Assembly: GCF_009914755.1 (NCBI RefSeq)
Contig: NC_060941.1
Origin: the human T2T-CHM13v2.0 reference genome, Homo sapiens
Length of the DNA stretch: 64,000 bases
Reading direction: 5' to 3' (one strand)
The notes beneath the pieces are model-generated. The model saw nothing but the letters and a program-made list of their open reading frames with translations. It searched no databases and was not told where the DNA came from. Shown here in pieces: positions 1-13,904 of the stretch. Within the stretch, counting starts at the first letter, position 1, and every line of letters starts with the position of its first letter. The translations under genes were made by a program, and so were the position numbers.

Positions 1-341
1 CTGGGGTGGCGCTCAGATTAACGTGTCGTTCTCACGTCATGGCCTAATCCCTGGTTTTGGAAATGCTGCATTTCACTGCAAACCCTTCTATGCAGGCTGA
101 CACGGTATCCCCCCAAACCCTCGAGGGAGGTGTTGTGTTTTGTTTTTTTTTTTCAACGCAGCAGCTTTGATTGCTTTATCGGTGTGTTCACAGAGAGCCT
201 CACACAAGAAAACGGGGCCCTCACGAGGAGGTGGCCCGTGGGTGCGGGCGGGCGGCCAGGCCCCGGCCCTCCTTCCCTCTCGCTCGTTCCCGGTTCCCGG
301 CCGGCTCTCCGCGGGGCCAGCTGGGCGGACCCGGACCTCAC

Positions 342-509
342 CTTCCGCAGCTTGTACTCCTCCTCCACCTGGCCCAGCTCATTCAGGTGGTTGAGCCAGG
401 CGGAGACGCCGAGCCTCTTGTACATGCTCTCCTCGGGGTGCGTCTCGGAGGACGGCAGCTTGGGGCGGCGGATGGAGAACTGCATGCATGTCTTATCGGG
501 GGCGACCTG
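342..509 (-). CDS. TBC1D16: TBC1D16 exon 6 (168 nt; 165 nt with the distal NAGNAG acceptor)
   Basis: Acceptor tccag|CAG GTC. Reads QVAPDKTCMQFSIRRPKLPSSETHPEESMYKRLGVSAWLNHLNELGQVEEEYKLRK. Donor AAG|gtgagg at 342/341. Confidence 0.96.
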
Positions 510-686
510 CTGGACGGGAGGAAAACTGGGCAAAGGTCAGGATCTCAGCCGCGCGGCTTCAGAGGCCAGCAGTGCTTTTCCCAGGAATAAAAGCCTCTCT
601 CTCTTCTGAAAGGAGGGCAAGGGCCGTCCCCTGCATACAAACCCCTAAATGGCGAGTGTAATTAGGCGCAATTAAAATGAAAATAC

Positions 687-692
687 CTTCAT
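687..692 (-). CDS. TBC1D16: Coding end (Met-Lys) of a candidate alternative first exon for a short TBC1D16 isoform
   Basis: Minus strand reads aagATG AAG|gtattt; a phase-0 donor in frame with exon 6. Lies in a CpG-rich, motif-dense intron. Confidence 0.6.
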
Positions 693-1380
693 CTTAAAAT
701 CGGTTTCCCTCTGCGGCTCTCTCCTCCCCGGCCCACTGTGCCGCCGCCCCCCACTCTCTCCAACCCCAGCCGCAAAAACGGAATGAATGCCTCGTTCGGC
801 CTAACTTCCCTCTGCCGGGAGGGCCTGCAATGAATTACATGTGATTGGCCACATACAAAGGGATCGCTGTTCTGCGAGCAGGGAGCCAGCCTGTCAGATT
901 GCCTCCGCGAGCAGTCACGAATCCAGGGCAAAACTGCAGCTGACATTTAATTCAAAAATCAAAGGTTGTTCAATGTAGGGGGAAAAAAAGCCATGCTACT
1001 GTAATAAGGGAAGCCAGCAGGAGGCTCTGCGGGAAGGAAGGGAATTTTAAAATCGGCCCCATTTCTAATAAGCACATACAGTACCTTAAACAGATAATTA
1101 AAGAGCTCTTATTACATTTGTACGTAGATTGAGCAAAATATGGCAGGAAGTCTTGTCAAAACATGATTTTTCAAGTGCAGGGCACTGACTTTACCGAAAG
1201 CCCTGGGCAAAGGTTTCAAACCCAAAGTTGCTGCTCTGACGGCCAAAAACTACCGTGGGTCACACCCCGTAAGCCCCCGGGGCCCGGGGACCCCAGACAC
1301 AGGACCCAGGAGGGAGATGGGGCCCGTGGGGGGTGGGGAGTGTCAACCGCTGGGCATTCTGGGGCCGTCTGCTGGGCTAC

Positions 1381-1528
1381 CTGGTCTTTGAGCTGCATCT
1401 CGGTGCAGTATTTCCACTGCTGGAACACGTCAGACAGCTTGTCCAGGCCGCCGTGGTGGAAGTGGAAAACCTTGTACTGGCTCTCTCGGCTGGCAACGAC
1501 CAGCTGGCCGCTGGTGCAGGCCTCGTCG
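1381..1528 (-). CDS. TBC1D16: TBC1D16 exon 5 (148 nt)
   Basis: Acceptor ccttcag|C. Reads DEACTSGQLVVASRESQYKVFHFHHGGLDKLSDVFQQWKYCTEMQLKDQ. Donor CAG|gtagcc, phase 0. Confidence 0.96.
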
Positions 1529-2587
1529 CTGAAGGGCCATTGGAAGGGGGAGAGGGAAGCCCGATGAATATGTAAACACGGGGGTTTTATTTCCAAGTAT
1601 AATCAGAGGCCACTGTCGCCAACCTCAGAAGCAGGAAACAGTGAGTCCCAGTGGAGTTGGCTGCTAGCGGGAGGGGACAGAACTACACCGAACAAAAACC
1701 ACCACCCCCTTTGCCGAAGATGGCAAAACTGCTCCTTCCTGGGGGGCCCTGGAGCTCCTCTCTGGAGACCTGCCAGAGTGGCCTTCTCCCCACCACCCCC
1801 TGCCCGGCAACATGGTCCCTGCAGTCCGGGAGACCTGGGTCCCAACGCTGAGTGCCCTGGAATCCAGTTCTGAGCCCTGGCAGGCCATGTGCTAAGAGAA
1901 CCTCCTGGGAACAGACCTCCTTCGTTGCGTGTGGGTGGAACTCTGGGAGAACCCTCCAGGGAAACTCAGTAAACATCCGTCAGTGCTGTCAGCCCAGCCC
2001 CGGCTGCCCTTAGATGAAAGGCTGGAATGTGGCTCTGGGTCTGGGAACCCCCCCAGCTTCTGGACACGCCGGCTTCTTCTAAGCCCGGGCCTCTCATTGG
2101 TGATGTCTGCGGCTGGGCAGCCCTGACTATAAGGAGGAGGATCTGGTGTGGGGAATGACTGCAGGAAACTAGGCATCGCCCACCCATCACGAAAGGAAGG
2201 GAGCCTCCATCCGGAAAGCTGCGGCCCGTCCCGCACAGGTGGCCGAGCTCCAGAGCATCCCCCGGCGATCAGAGCCGCCGGCAGCTGCTACCCTCTGCCC
2301 TGGTTTGGTTTCTTCTCCCAAGCCAGAGTTGCAAGCAACCGCTGGCTACCATCACGCTGAAGGTAGGGGAGTGAGTTCGGTAGCTCACCCAGCCTGAGAA
2401 CTGTCAGGGAGCTGCAGTGGGGAATCACTGCCCACAAGATCAGCGAGGGAGGAAAGCAGACGCTTGGGAAGACTCCATCCAGGGCCCTGTGTCCCCAAGC
2501 CGTGCACTGCACCGGCTGCAAAGCCCAGGCTGCCAGGGAAAACACACACAGGCCAACTCCCAGGAGGCGCCCAGAGATGCTTCCTAC

Positions 2588-2749
2588 CTGAAGAAAAGGC
2601 GGAGGGAGCGCATGTGGCCCAGGTCCACGCGGAACACGCCGCAAATCTGCTCCAGGGCGCACACCCGCTGCGGCTCGTCCCAGCGTGGGGTCTGCAGGAG
2701 GCCGTTGCTGTCCGGGAACCGCAGGCCGGCGTCGGAGCTGGACGGGGGG
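2588..2749 (-). CDS. TBC1D16: TBC1D16 exon 4 (162 nt)
   Basis: Acceptor ccaccag|C completes the phase-2 Ser. Reads PPSSSDAGLRFPDSNGLLQTPRWDEPQRVCALEQICGVFRVDLGHMRSLRLFF. Donor AG|gtagga. Confidence 0.96.
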
Positions 2750-3289
2750 CTGGTGGAACAGGTTATGTGATGATCGCCACACTTCTCCCTGCCCACACTA
2801 CCCAGAGGGGGACGGGGGTCATGGGGGAGTCATTTAAACCTACGCACCAAGCTTAAACACACATACAGGCACGGCTGAATATGCCCTGTAAACACCTGTG
2901 AATAAATGAATGTATGAACCCCACTGCACAGTTCTACTTCCACTTGGATGGGAAAGCATTTTCATGATCAAATTCCATTCCACTTCAATAGAGGCAGTAA
3001 GTCATCATCGTCCTGACAGCCAAGGTCACACTGACTGGGGTTCCTCGCTGTGTGACCTTGGCCAAGCCACCAAGCCTCTCTCAGCCTTCGTTTTCCCATG
3101 GATAAAGAAGGCAGGAGAATAACAAGGCTGGGTTTCCCTACAGCGTGGGGCTGGGCTTTACTAAAACTGGTTGTTTTGGGATGATTTTAGATAGCATGGG
3201 GCTTCCGCGTGGTTTAAACCAGCTCACTGTATTCCTGAAAAGTACTGGTTCAGTTTATGCTTTTGGTTAGGAAACATTTGGGTTCTCAG

Positions 3290-3550
3290 TACTATTAATA
3301 ACATCATCAGCATTTATTAAAACACTGACTATGGGCCTGGCCCTGAGCTAATGCTTCTCAGGTGCTTTTATTGCAATTAATCTTCACAAAAATCCTCTGA
3401 AATGAATAGTGGTATTACCCCATTGTAAAGAAGAGGCAACTGGGGCCCAGAGAGGTTAAGTAATTTGCCCAAGGTCACACAGCTGGCAAGTGGTAGAGCT
3501 GAGATTAGAACCCAAGCTTTGTGGCCCATGTTCTCACCAGCATACTGTGC
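3290..3550. mobile_element. MIR SINE
   Basis: MIR core 'gaggcaactggggcccagagaggttaagtaatttgcccaaggtcacacagct...gagattagaaccca'. Confidence 0.8.
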
Positions 3551-3682
3551 AGCTGTCTGCAGTTCAGCAGTACAACCCCATTTATTCTGTTATTTTTTAT
3601 GAGTTTGTTACATTCCAAATTGCAAAATATCTTATTATATGGATTCAGCCACCTCACAGGTTAAATCTTGTCTCTTGAGATT

Positions 3683-3999
3683 TTTTCTTTTTTTCTTTTT
3701 TCTTTTTTTTTTCTTTTTTTGAGACGGAGTCTCGCTCTGTCACCCAGGCTGGAGTGCAGTGTGCGATCTCGGCTCACTGCCACTTCTGCCTTCCGGGTTC
3801 AAGCGATTCTCCTGCCTCAGCCTCCTGAGTAGCTGAGATTACAGACGTCCACCACCATGACCAGCTAATTCTATATATTTAGTAGAGACGAGGTTTCACC
3901 ATGTTGACCAGGCTAGTCTTGACCTCCTGACCTCAGGTGATCCACCCGCCTCAGCCTCCAAAAGTGTTGGGATTACAGGCGTGAGCCATCGCGCCTGAC
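3683..3999 (-). mobile_element. Alu (AluS-like)
   Basis: Poly-T followed by antisense Alu dimer; flanking duplication tctcttgaga. Confidence 0.93.
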
Positions 4000-4705
4000 A
4001 CTCTCTTGAGATTTAATGTCTAGCAAATGTCTGCTAAAATAAAACCGGAGTACAGGCAAGACTCAGCTCTGGACCCCAACTGCAGCACCCCACAGAGACT
4101 CAGCCGCATTCACCGCACCTGCCTTCCCGTTTGAGCTCAGAACATAAACTATTAGAGGCAATCAATCCAGAGGCACTTCCTCCTCCAAGAAGCACCAGGT
4201 CTAAGTAAATAAAGCTCCTTTGGAGGGTTCCAGCACAATCCCTCCCCACTGGGAACTTCACACAGAGAAACCTGACTGGCCTTTCTAGAGCCCTCTACTG
4301 CGTCAGGCATAGCCCTGGGCCTGGTGAGTGGCAGGTGGCCTTTCTTCCCCACCTGCCTAAGGAAGTCAGCCGAACAGGTCCTCCCACTGCTGGGGCCCCT
4401 GGGCTCTCAAGGAAACTGAGTCAGGTAAAACTAGATCAGAGATGGGCATGTGGGGCCATCACCTGAACTGCCGTGGCTGCGCCGCGGACGGGCCCAGAAG
4501 ACCGAGGGCTCCTGACATCTTCCCAAGTGGACCCTGCGGGAGCTGCGCTTCAGAATCGTTGCTCACAACACAGGGCAGGTCTCGAGTCTGAGGCCCCACC
4601 GCACCCATGGGTGCCCCCTTCTGTCATCTGCTCATTGAACCGCGGGGCTGCTGTGACTGTGAGAGCTGCTGCCCCGTGTGCTGCCTGCTGGCCCGGCCCA
4701 CCCAG

Positions 4706-5130
4706 TGGGGCCATCAGAGGGTGGTATCCTTTCCCGCCTCCTCCCCCAGCCTTCTTACCACACCCAACAGCAGAATCCCCCAAACCTGCTTGTTCCTCCC
4801 AGCACACTGTGGCCCACTCACCCTACAGGGCAGGCCAAGGTTTCCAGAAACCAGACAGAACACAGAGACTCGCTTTGGCAGTCACGGATGGAGGGCCCCC
4901 TCCCTGCTGCCGTGGCCACAGAAGACTGGTCCCCTGGAGGGCCGGAGCCGATTTCAAACCAGGCAAGAGTCCAGGACACAGGGGCCACCACACACCTCCC
5001 CCAGCAACGTGCCTCCAGGCAGGAGTTGGCTTAAACCCTCTCGCAACCCCTTAGGGGCAAATTATTTGCATTAATTAATGGATTGATTCATTAATTCAAG
5101 ATACTGTGCTTGGGACCTACAGCTGGGGTT
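4706..5130 (+). repeat. Inverted duplication, left copy
   Basis: Reverse complement of 6735-7181; the ORF track gives near-identical peptides on opposite strands. Confidence 0.93.
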
Positions 5131-5789
5131 CCATAAGCTCAAACTAGAGCGAAGGTGATGGAGACCTCAGTTCGCTTTCATTGGGGTACGTCTGGCAGGT
5201 ACCCCAGGCCCTGTGTGGTCATGGAGGACGAGGTCTGGTGCCCCTCGAGGCCGGCTGCTGTGGGGTGGGGGTTGCATCGTGTCTCTTCATCTTCAGCTCC
5301 CAGCCCTGGCTTGGCGCAGAACACACAGACATTTAATACTCATGCCTGAAGTGAAAATGTAAAGTGTCTGGGAATTTTGAAGTCACAGAAAAAAATGTTT
5401 AAAGAAAATAAACTACAGGGAAAACGAAATATGTACAGTGTTTTATTTTTGCTTATCTTTCTACACACGTAAAGCAATTTAGTTTTAAGAATATTCATAT
5501 ATGCTGCAAATAATTTAGCTTGTTCATAAAATTATGTGATGCATTGGAACTAAAAGGATGGGTTTTGCAGGCGATAACTCCCAAGATGCTATTACATTAG
5601 AAAGATCTCACACATAAAACTAGAAGACGCTAAACTTTAAGAAATGTAGCAGTTCTTCATTTCTATCATTTTCTGAAGATCACCCAAATGTAAAAGCAGT
5701 AATGAAAAAAAGTCAGCACTATCACTGGAAAACAAACACAAACACTGGGTTCTCCCTCCACCACAGTAAACTATGCCATGTCAGATACA

Positions 5790-6550
5790 GAGATAGAGAT
5801 TTAAAAGGGCCTCAAATTCTTCACAGCTCATCTTATCAAGGATAGCACCTGTCTCTCCACCCCTGAATCTAGGTGGGCCTTTTTTGACCAATAGAATGTG
5901 GCAAACATGGTGTTAGGTGAGTTCTGGGGCCTAGGCAGCCCCTCACTCTTCCTCTTGGCACAGTGCAGGCAAGACAGACAGACGAGAGCTCATGAGAGAG
6001 ACACGCAACTGGCAGTCAGCACCAGAGCCCCGACACCTGTCAATGGAGGCCGTTCCAGACCCTCCGCCCACCCAAGCCTCCTGGTGGCTGCAGCGACCTG
6101 AGTGAACTCCAGGGAGCCCAGCGCAACAGCCTGTCCCAGCCCAGCCCAAACCAAAGGTCTGTGAGCAAAGAAGCGGTTTTTTGTTTGTTTGTTTGTTTTT
6201 TAAAGACAAGGTCTCCCTCTATCCCCCTGGCTGAAGTGCGGTGGTGCAAACACAACTCACCGCAGCCTCAGCCTCCGGGGCTCAAGCGATCCTCCAGCCT
6301 CAGTCTCCCAAGTAGCTGGGACTACAGGCACTCACCACCACATTTGGCTAATTTTTGTATTTTTTATAGAGATGGGGTTTTGCCATGTTGCCCAGGCTGG
6401 TCTCAAACTCCTGAGCTCAAGCGATCTGTCTGCCTTGGCCTCCCAAAGTGCTGGGACTACAGGCGTGAGCCACCACGCTGGGCCCGGTGGTCGCTTTAAG
6501 TTGCTGAGTTTGAGGGCGGTTTGTTTCACAGCAACGGATCACTGACACAC
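5790..6550 (+). mobile_element. MaLR LTR (MLT1-like), interrupted by an Alu
   Basis: 'tttgaccaatagaatgtggca' and the terminal 'tttaagttgctgagtttg...gtttgtttcacagcaa...actgacaca' are typical of MLT1. Confidence 0.7.
6177..6486 (-). mobile_element. Alu (AluJ-like)
   Basis: Diverged antisense Alu dimer. Confidence 0.9.
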
Positions 6551-6734
6551 GCAGGACAAGCCAGCTCTCAGAAAAAGCTTGAAGGGGAGGAAGAAACCTT
6601 CAAACATATTGAGCTGTGGTTCTCAAGGTTACCAGGGCCAGATTTTAGCATTATTTAAAATACCTAAACTGCTAAATTTCCTCTTGCTTTTCTTCATCCT
6701 GAGCCTTTTAAGTTTGCTGAAAAAAGTCGATGAG

Positions 6735-7181
6735 AACCCAGCTGTAGGTCCCAAGCACAGTGTCCTGAATTAATGAATCAATCCATTAATTAATGCAAAT
6801 AATTTGCCCCTAAGGGGTTGTGAGAGGGTTTAAGCCAACTTCTGCCTGGAGGCACGTTGCTGGGGGAGGTGTGCGGTGGCTCCTGGGTCCAGGACTCTTG
6901 CCTAGATAGAAACTGGCACTGGCCCTCCAGGGGACCAGTCTTCTGTGGCCACAGCAGCAGGGAGGGGGCCCTCCACCCGTGACTGCCAAAGCGAGTCTCT
7001 GTGTTCTGTCTGGTTTCTGGAAACCTTGCCCTGCCCTGTAGGGTGGGTGGGACACAGTATGCTGGGAGGGATGTGTAGGTATTGGAGGAGTGAGCAGGGC
7101 GTGTTCGGTGTGCTGGGTTGGGAGAGGAGGCTGTGATGGGAGAGGAGGCTGGAAAGAATGACACCCTTTGGTGGTCCCCCA
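6735..7181 (-). repeat. Inverted duplication, right copy
   Basis: Reverse complement of 4706-5130; abuts a 5'-truncated L1 at 7182. Confidence 0.93.
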
Positions 7182-7800
7182 TAATTGCCAAAACCTGGAA
7201 GCCACCAAGATGTCCTTTGGTAGTGAATGGATAAATAAGTTTAAATAACTGTGGTGCAGCCAGACAAGGGAATATATTACTCATCATTAAAAAGAAATGA
7301 GCTGTCGAGCTGTGGAACAACACGGAGGGAACTTCAGTGCGTCTTACGAAGGGGTTTACTAAGTGAAGGGACCCACTGTGACAAGGCTGCACCCTGTGGG
7401 ATTCCAATTCTAGGACACTCTGGAAAAGGCAAAACCATGGAGACAGTGACAAGACCAGTGGTTGCCAGGAGCTGGCGGGGAGGTAGGAAGGTGAAGCACG
7501 GAGAACTTTTAGGGCAGTGACACACCGGCATGACACCAGAGTGGTCACGGTGACAGGTGTCTTTATACATTTGTCCAGACCCATAGGATGTACAAGACCG
7601 AGTGTGAATGCCGACAAACTATAGACTCTGGGTGACAATGACGTGTGGGCTCATGAGTCGTAACATGTGTCCCACTCTGGTGGGGGAGGCTGTGCGTGTG
7701 GTGGGGGAGGGGGTGGATGAGAATTCTCTGTACCCTTCACTCAGTTTTGCTGTGAAACTAAAACAGCTTCAAAAAATAACATCTATTAAAAAAAAAAAAC
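7182..7800 (+). mobile_element. L1 3' end (L1M, probably L1MC-type)
   Basis: L1 3' motifs 'ataattgccaaaacctggaa...gaatggataaat...ctgtgaaactaaaac' plus poly-A tail. Confidence 0.8.
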
Positions 7801-8085
7801 CAACAAAACAAATGAATAGCCAAAGAAACTGGGACACATATATGATAAAGATTAACATCTTTAGTATGTAAAAAAGTATGTAAATTAAAAAGAAAAATAT
7901 AAATGCCCAACAGAAAACTGGCAAAAGGAAAATAAAAAAATTTAGTAGAGAATAAATACAAATAATGAATAAAATTTCCAGGCCCAGGGTAATGAAATAA
8001 ATGGAAATAGAAACGGGATAACATGGTGGGGGGATGGTTTATGAAATTGGCATCAATTAACAAATTATAAAATCTAGTGTGGTAA

Positions 8086-8449
<364 letters not shown>

Positions 8450-10402
8450 TGACCAAATATTTCTGAATGGCAATTTGGAAACAAGATGCCAAAGGCTTAA
8501 AAATGTTTATACATTTTGACTTTTCACTTCCATTCCTAGGAATGAATCCTAAGGACATAGCCAGAGGTGCCCACAATAAAGGCATACATGCACAGATGCA
8601 GAAAAGCATTCGACAAAAATCCAATGCTCATTTATGACAAACCTGTCTACAAACTAGGAATGGAAGAGAAGCTCCTCAAGCTGATAAAGGCACCCACAGA
8701 TATTCCACCGTTAGCGTCATACTGAATGGTAAAAGATGGAATTGTTTTCCCCCAAGAGCAGGAACAAGGTAAGAATGCCTCTGCTCCCACCACTTCTAGT
8801 CCATGCTCTCACAGAGGCCCTGGCCTCTGCATCAGGCAAGAAAAGGAAATAAAAGGCATAAAGACTGGAAAAGAAGGAACAGAACTGCCCCTATTTTCAG
8901 TTGATACAACTGTTCATCTGAAAAACCTCATGGAATTTATAAAACAATCTTTAGAACTAATAACTGGATTTCATAAAACTGCAGGATAAAAGGTTAATAG
9001 AGAAAAATTAATTGTATTCTTAAACAGTAACAATGCACAATTGGAACATGAAATAAATAAAACATTAAATTTATAGTAGCAAAAAAATCCCCACATAAAA
9101 TACTTCGGAATAAGCCTGACAAAAGACATTCAAGAACGTCATACTGAAAAACACAAAAATTGCTGAGATAAGTCAAATAGGATCTTAAGAAATGCAGAAA
9201 TGCACCATGTCCATAGAATAAAACCGTCAACTTGGTTAAGATGACAATCTTGCCAAACTGATCTACAGATTCAACACAAGCCCAATCAAAATTCCAACAG
9301 GAATTTTTAGTGAAAATTGATAAGTTGACCCTAAAATTTGGAGCTAGTATAACCAGAGCGACTATAAAAAAGAAGAACAAAGTTGGAGGATGCATCTGAC
9401 TTTGAGACCTACATAGCTATCATCAAGAAAGTTTGGTATTGGTGAAAAGATAACTATGGTGAAATAGGCAAATAATCAATGGAACATAACAGAGTCCAAA
9501 AATATCAATTGATTATTTACAAAAGTGCAAAGACAATTCAGTGGAGAAAGGATGGCTTTTCAATAAACGATACTGGATCAACAGGATATCTGCATGAAAA
9601 AAATTAACATCAACTCTTTTCTCCCATCACTCCCCCAAATTAACTCAAAACGGATCACGGACCTAGATGTGAAACCTTAACTAGGAAACTTCCAGAAGAA
9701 TCCGTAAGAGAAAACCTGTGTAACCTTAGAATAGGCCCAGGTTTCTTAGATAGAACACAAAAAATACAAACTGTAAAAGAAATAATAAATTGGAAAATTA
9801 AAGACTTTTTTTTTTCATCAAAATACTCCATTAAAGGAAACAAAAATGCAAGTCACAGACTGGGAGAAAATATTCACAAAACATATAGTCAACAAAAAAC
9901 TTGTATCCAGAGTATGTATAAGAAACTGTTAAAATGAAATACTATTGTTACACAAAGGTTTCTTAGACCAGACACCAACATATGACCATAAGTGAAAAAA
10001 AAAATTAATCTTCATTAAAATGAAAACCTTCTACTCTTTAAGAGATATTGTTAAGAAAATAAAAAGATAAGCCACAGACTGGGAAAAAGATATTTGCCAA
10101 ATGCTTATATGATAAAGGGCTTATCATATAAGTCAGTAATATGCTTTAAATCATCATTCTATACAGAATATAGAAAAGGTCCTCAAAACAGTAATAAGAA
10201 AACACAATCCAAACATGGGCAAAAGATTTGAAAAGACATTTCACCAAAGAGGATATTCAGATGGCCAAGAAGCCTATGAAAAGGTGCTCGACAGCATTCA
10301 TTATTAGAGAAATGCAAATAGAAAGAAACCTCAATGCAATCTAAAGGAACATGATGTGATCCACTACACATCTATTGGAATGACTAAAAAACAAATGAAT
10401 GA

Positions 10403-10709
10403 GGCCACGAGCAAGGCAGTTCAAGCTTGTAATCCCAGCATTTTGGGAAGCTGAGGCGGGTGGGTCACCTGAGCTCAGGAGTTCAAGACTAGCCTGGGCA
10501 ACATGGCGAAATCCCGTTTCTGCTAAAAATACAAAAAATTAGTAGGCATCGCAGTGCACCTCTGTTATCCCAGCTACTCCAGAGGCTGAGGCAGGAGAAT
10601 CACTTGAACCCTGGAGGCGAGGTTGCAGTGAGCCAACATCATGCCACTGCACTTCAGCCCGAGCGACAGAGTGAGACTCTGTCTCAAAAAAACCCAAAAA
10701 ACAAAAAAC

Positions 10710-10740
<31 letters not shown>
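10403..10740 (+). mobile_element. Alu
   Basis: Sense Alu dimer with a long A tail. Confidence 0.92.
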
Positions 10741-10741
<1 letters not shown>

Positions 10742-11491
10742 GAAGGAATGAAACTGACACTGTGAGTGCTGGCCAGGAGGCGAGCAACAGAACTCTCCTA
10801 CAATGTGACGGGAAGTCAAATGACAGAACCACTCTGGAGAACTGTTTGGCAGTGTCTTATAAAGTCACACACACCCCTACCATATGACTCAGCAATGCCC
10901 CCTAGGTATTTACCCAAAATACATGGAAAATGTTCACACGAAATCTGTGTGTGAATGTTTATAGCAGTTTTATTCATCATTGCAGAAAACAGGAAATGAC
11001 ACAAACGTCTTTCAGCTGGTGAATGGCTAAACAAACAATGGTACATCTTAACAAGGGAATACATACGCCTCAGCAATAAAAAGGAGCAAACTGCTGATAT
11101 GCATGACGATATGGAAGCATCTCAGTTGTATTATGTTAAGTGAAAGAAGCCAGACACAAAAGGCTACATGAGAAGATACTCAGCATCCTCTGTAGTCAGG
11201 AAAATGCAAATTAAAACCACAATGAGATACTCCTACTCACCTATTAGAATGGCTACAGTGGACAAGACTGATCATAGCAAGTGTTGCTGAGGACATGGAG
11301 GAACTGGAACTCTCACGGACTGCTGGTGGGAATGCAACACGGCAAACCACTTTAGGAAAGCAGTTCAGTAATTTCTTAAAAATTAAACACATGCCTGTTT
11401 CCAGTTATTCCATTCCCAAGTATTTACCAAGAGAAATAAAAACATATGTCCACGTGCAAAGACTTGCACATAAATGTGTGTAACAGCTTTA

Positions 11492-11826
<335 letters not shown>

Positions 11827-12041
11827 TAGATAAGAACTGAAAACAACCCAGGGTTTATCAACAGCCAATGCAGTAATGAATCGTGGTCTGTACATACCAT
11901 GGCATACTACTCAGCTGTAACACGCAGTAGCATGGACGCATGACAAAATTATTATGCTGATTGAAAGAAGCAGGACAAAAAACAAGCACATACTGCATGA
12001 TCCCATTTACATAAAATTCTAGAAAAGGCAAACAAATCTAG

Positions 12042-12443
<402 letters not shown>

Positions 12444-12581
12444 CCATCTCAACCATTTTTAAATGTACAGTTCAGGTATTAAATATATTTCTAATATTGT
12501 ACAATGATCATCACCTTCCATTTCCAGAACTCTTTTCATCTTGTAAAACAAAAGCTCTATACCTATTAAACAATAGCTTCC

Positions 12582-13170
<589 letters not shown>

Positions 13171-13904
13171 GCCCGATAACTTCCCATTCCCCCCTCACAC
13201 TCCAAGCAACATCAACTGTCTGTCTCAATGAATCTGACTACTCCTAGCACCTAATCTCAGTGAAATTATACAGTATTGTCTTTTTGTGACTGGCTTATGT
13301 CACTTAGCACAATGTCCTCCAGGTTCATCCATGCCGTAGCGTGGGTCAGAATTTCCTTCCCTTTTATGGCTGAATAATATTCCATTGTACGGATGGACCG
13401 CGTTTTGTTTATCTTTTCATCCACCAATTGACGGGTTGCTCTATGTTCTTATGTGAATAATGCTGTGAAGCCATGGTGTCCAGATATCTCTGTGTCTCTG
13501 CTTTCAATTCTTTTGGGTATATACCCAGAAATGGAATTGCTGGATGATATGGTCATTCTATTTTTAATTTTTTGAGGAACTGCCATACTGTTTTCCACAG
13601 CAGCTGTACCACCTTACATTCCCGCCAGCAATGCATAGGGATTTCAATCCCTCCACATCCTCACCGACACTTGTTAGTTTTTATTTTTTGATAGTAGCCA
13701 TCCTTATGGGTGGGAGGTCGTATTTCATTGGAGTTTTGATTTTGCATTTCCCCGATGATTAATGATATTGAGTACCTTCATGTGCTTATCGGGCATTCGT
13801 GTCTCTTCTTTGGAGACACGTCTTTTCAAATCCTTTGACCATTTTTGAATTGGGTTGTTTGGGGTTTGTTTTTGTTTGTTTGGTTGTTTGGTTGTTTTTT
13901 GTGT

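Larger units (their letters stand above)
200..1200 (-). promoter_or_regulatory. CpG-rich internal promoter region over exon 6 and intron 5
   Basis: High CpG density at 210-560 and 700-930; E-box CATGTGA 838-844 overlapping ATTGG (CCAAT box) 844-848; several TAAT and TGACA motifs. Confidence 0.6.

Noticed and set aside
6790-7638. 282-aa minus-strand ORF and its 155-aa counterpart at 4607-5074 with a shared C-terminus
   Set aside because: The similarity comes from the inverted DNA duplication. The N-terminal half is antisense L1 3'UTR, and there is no splice or domain support.
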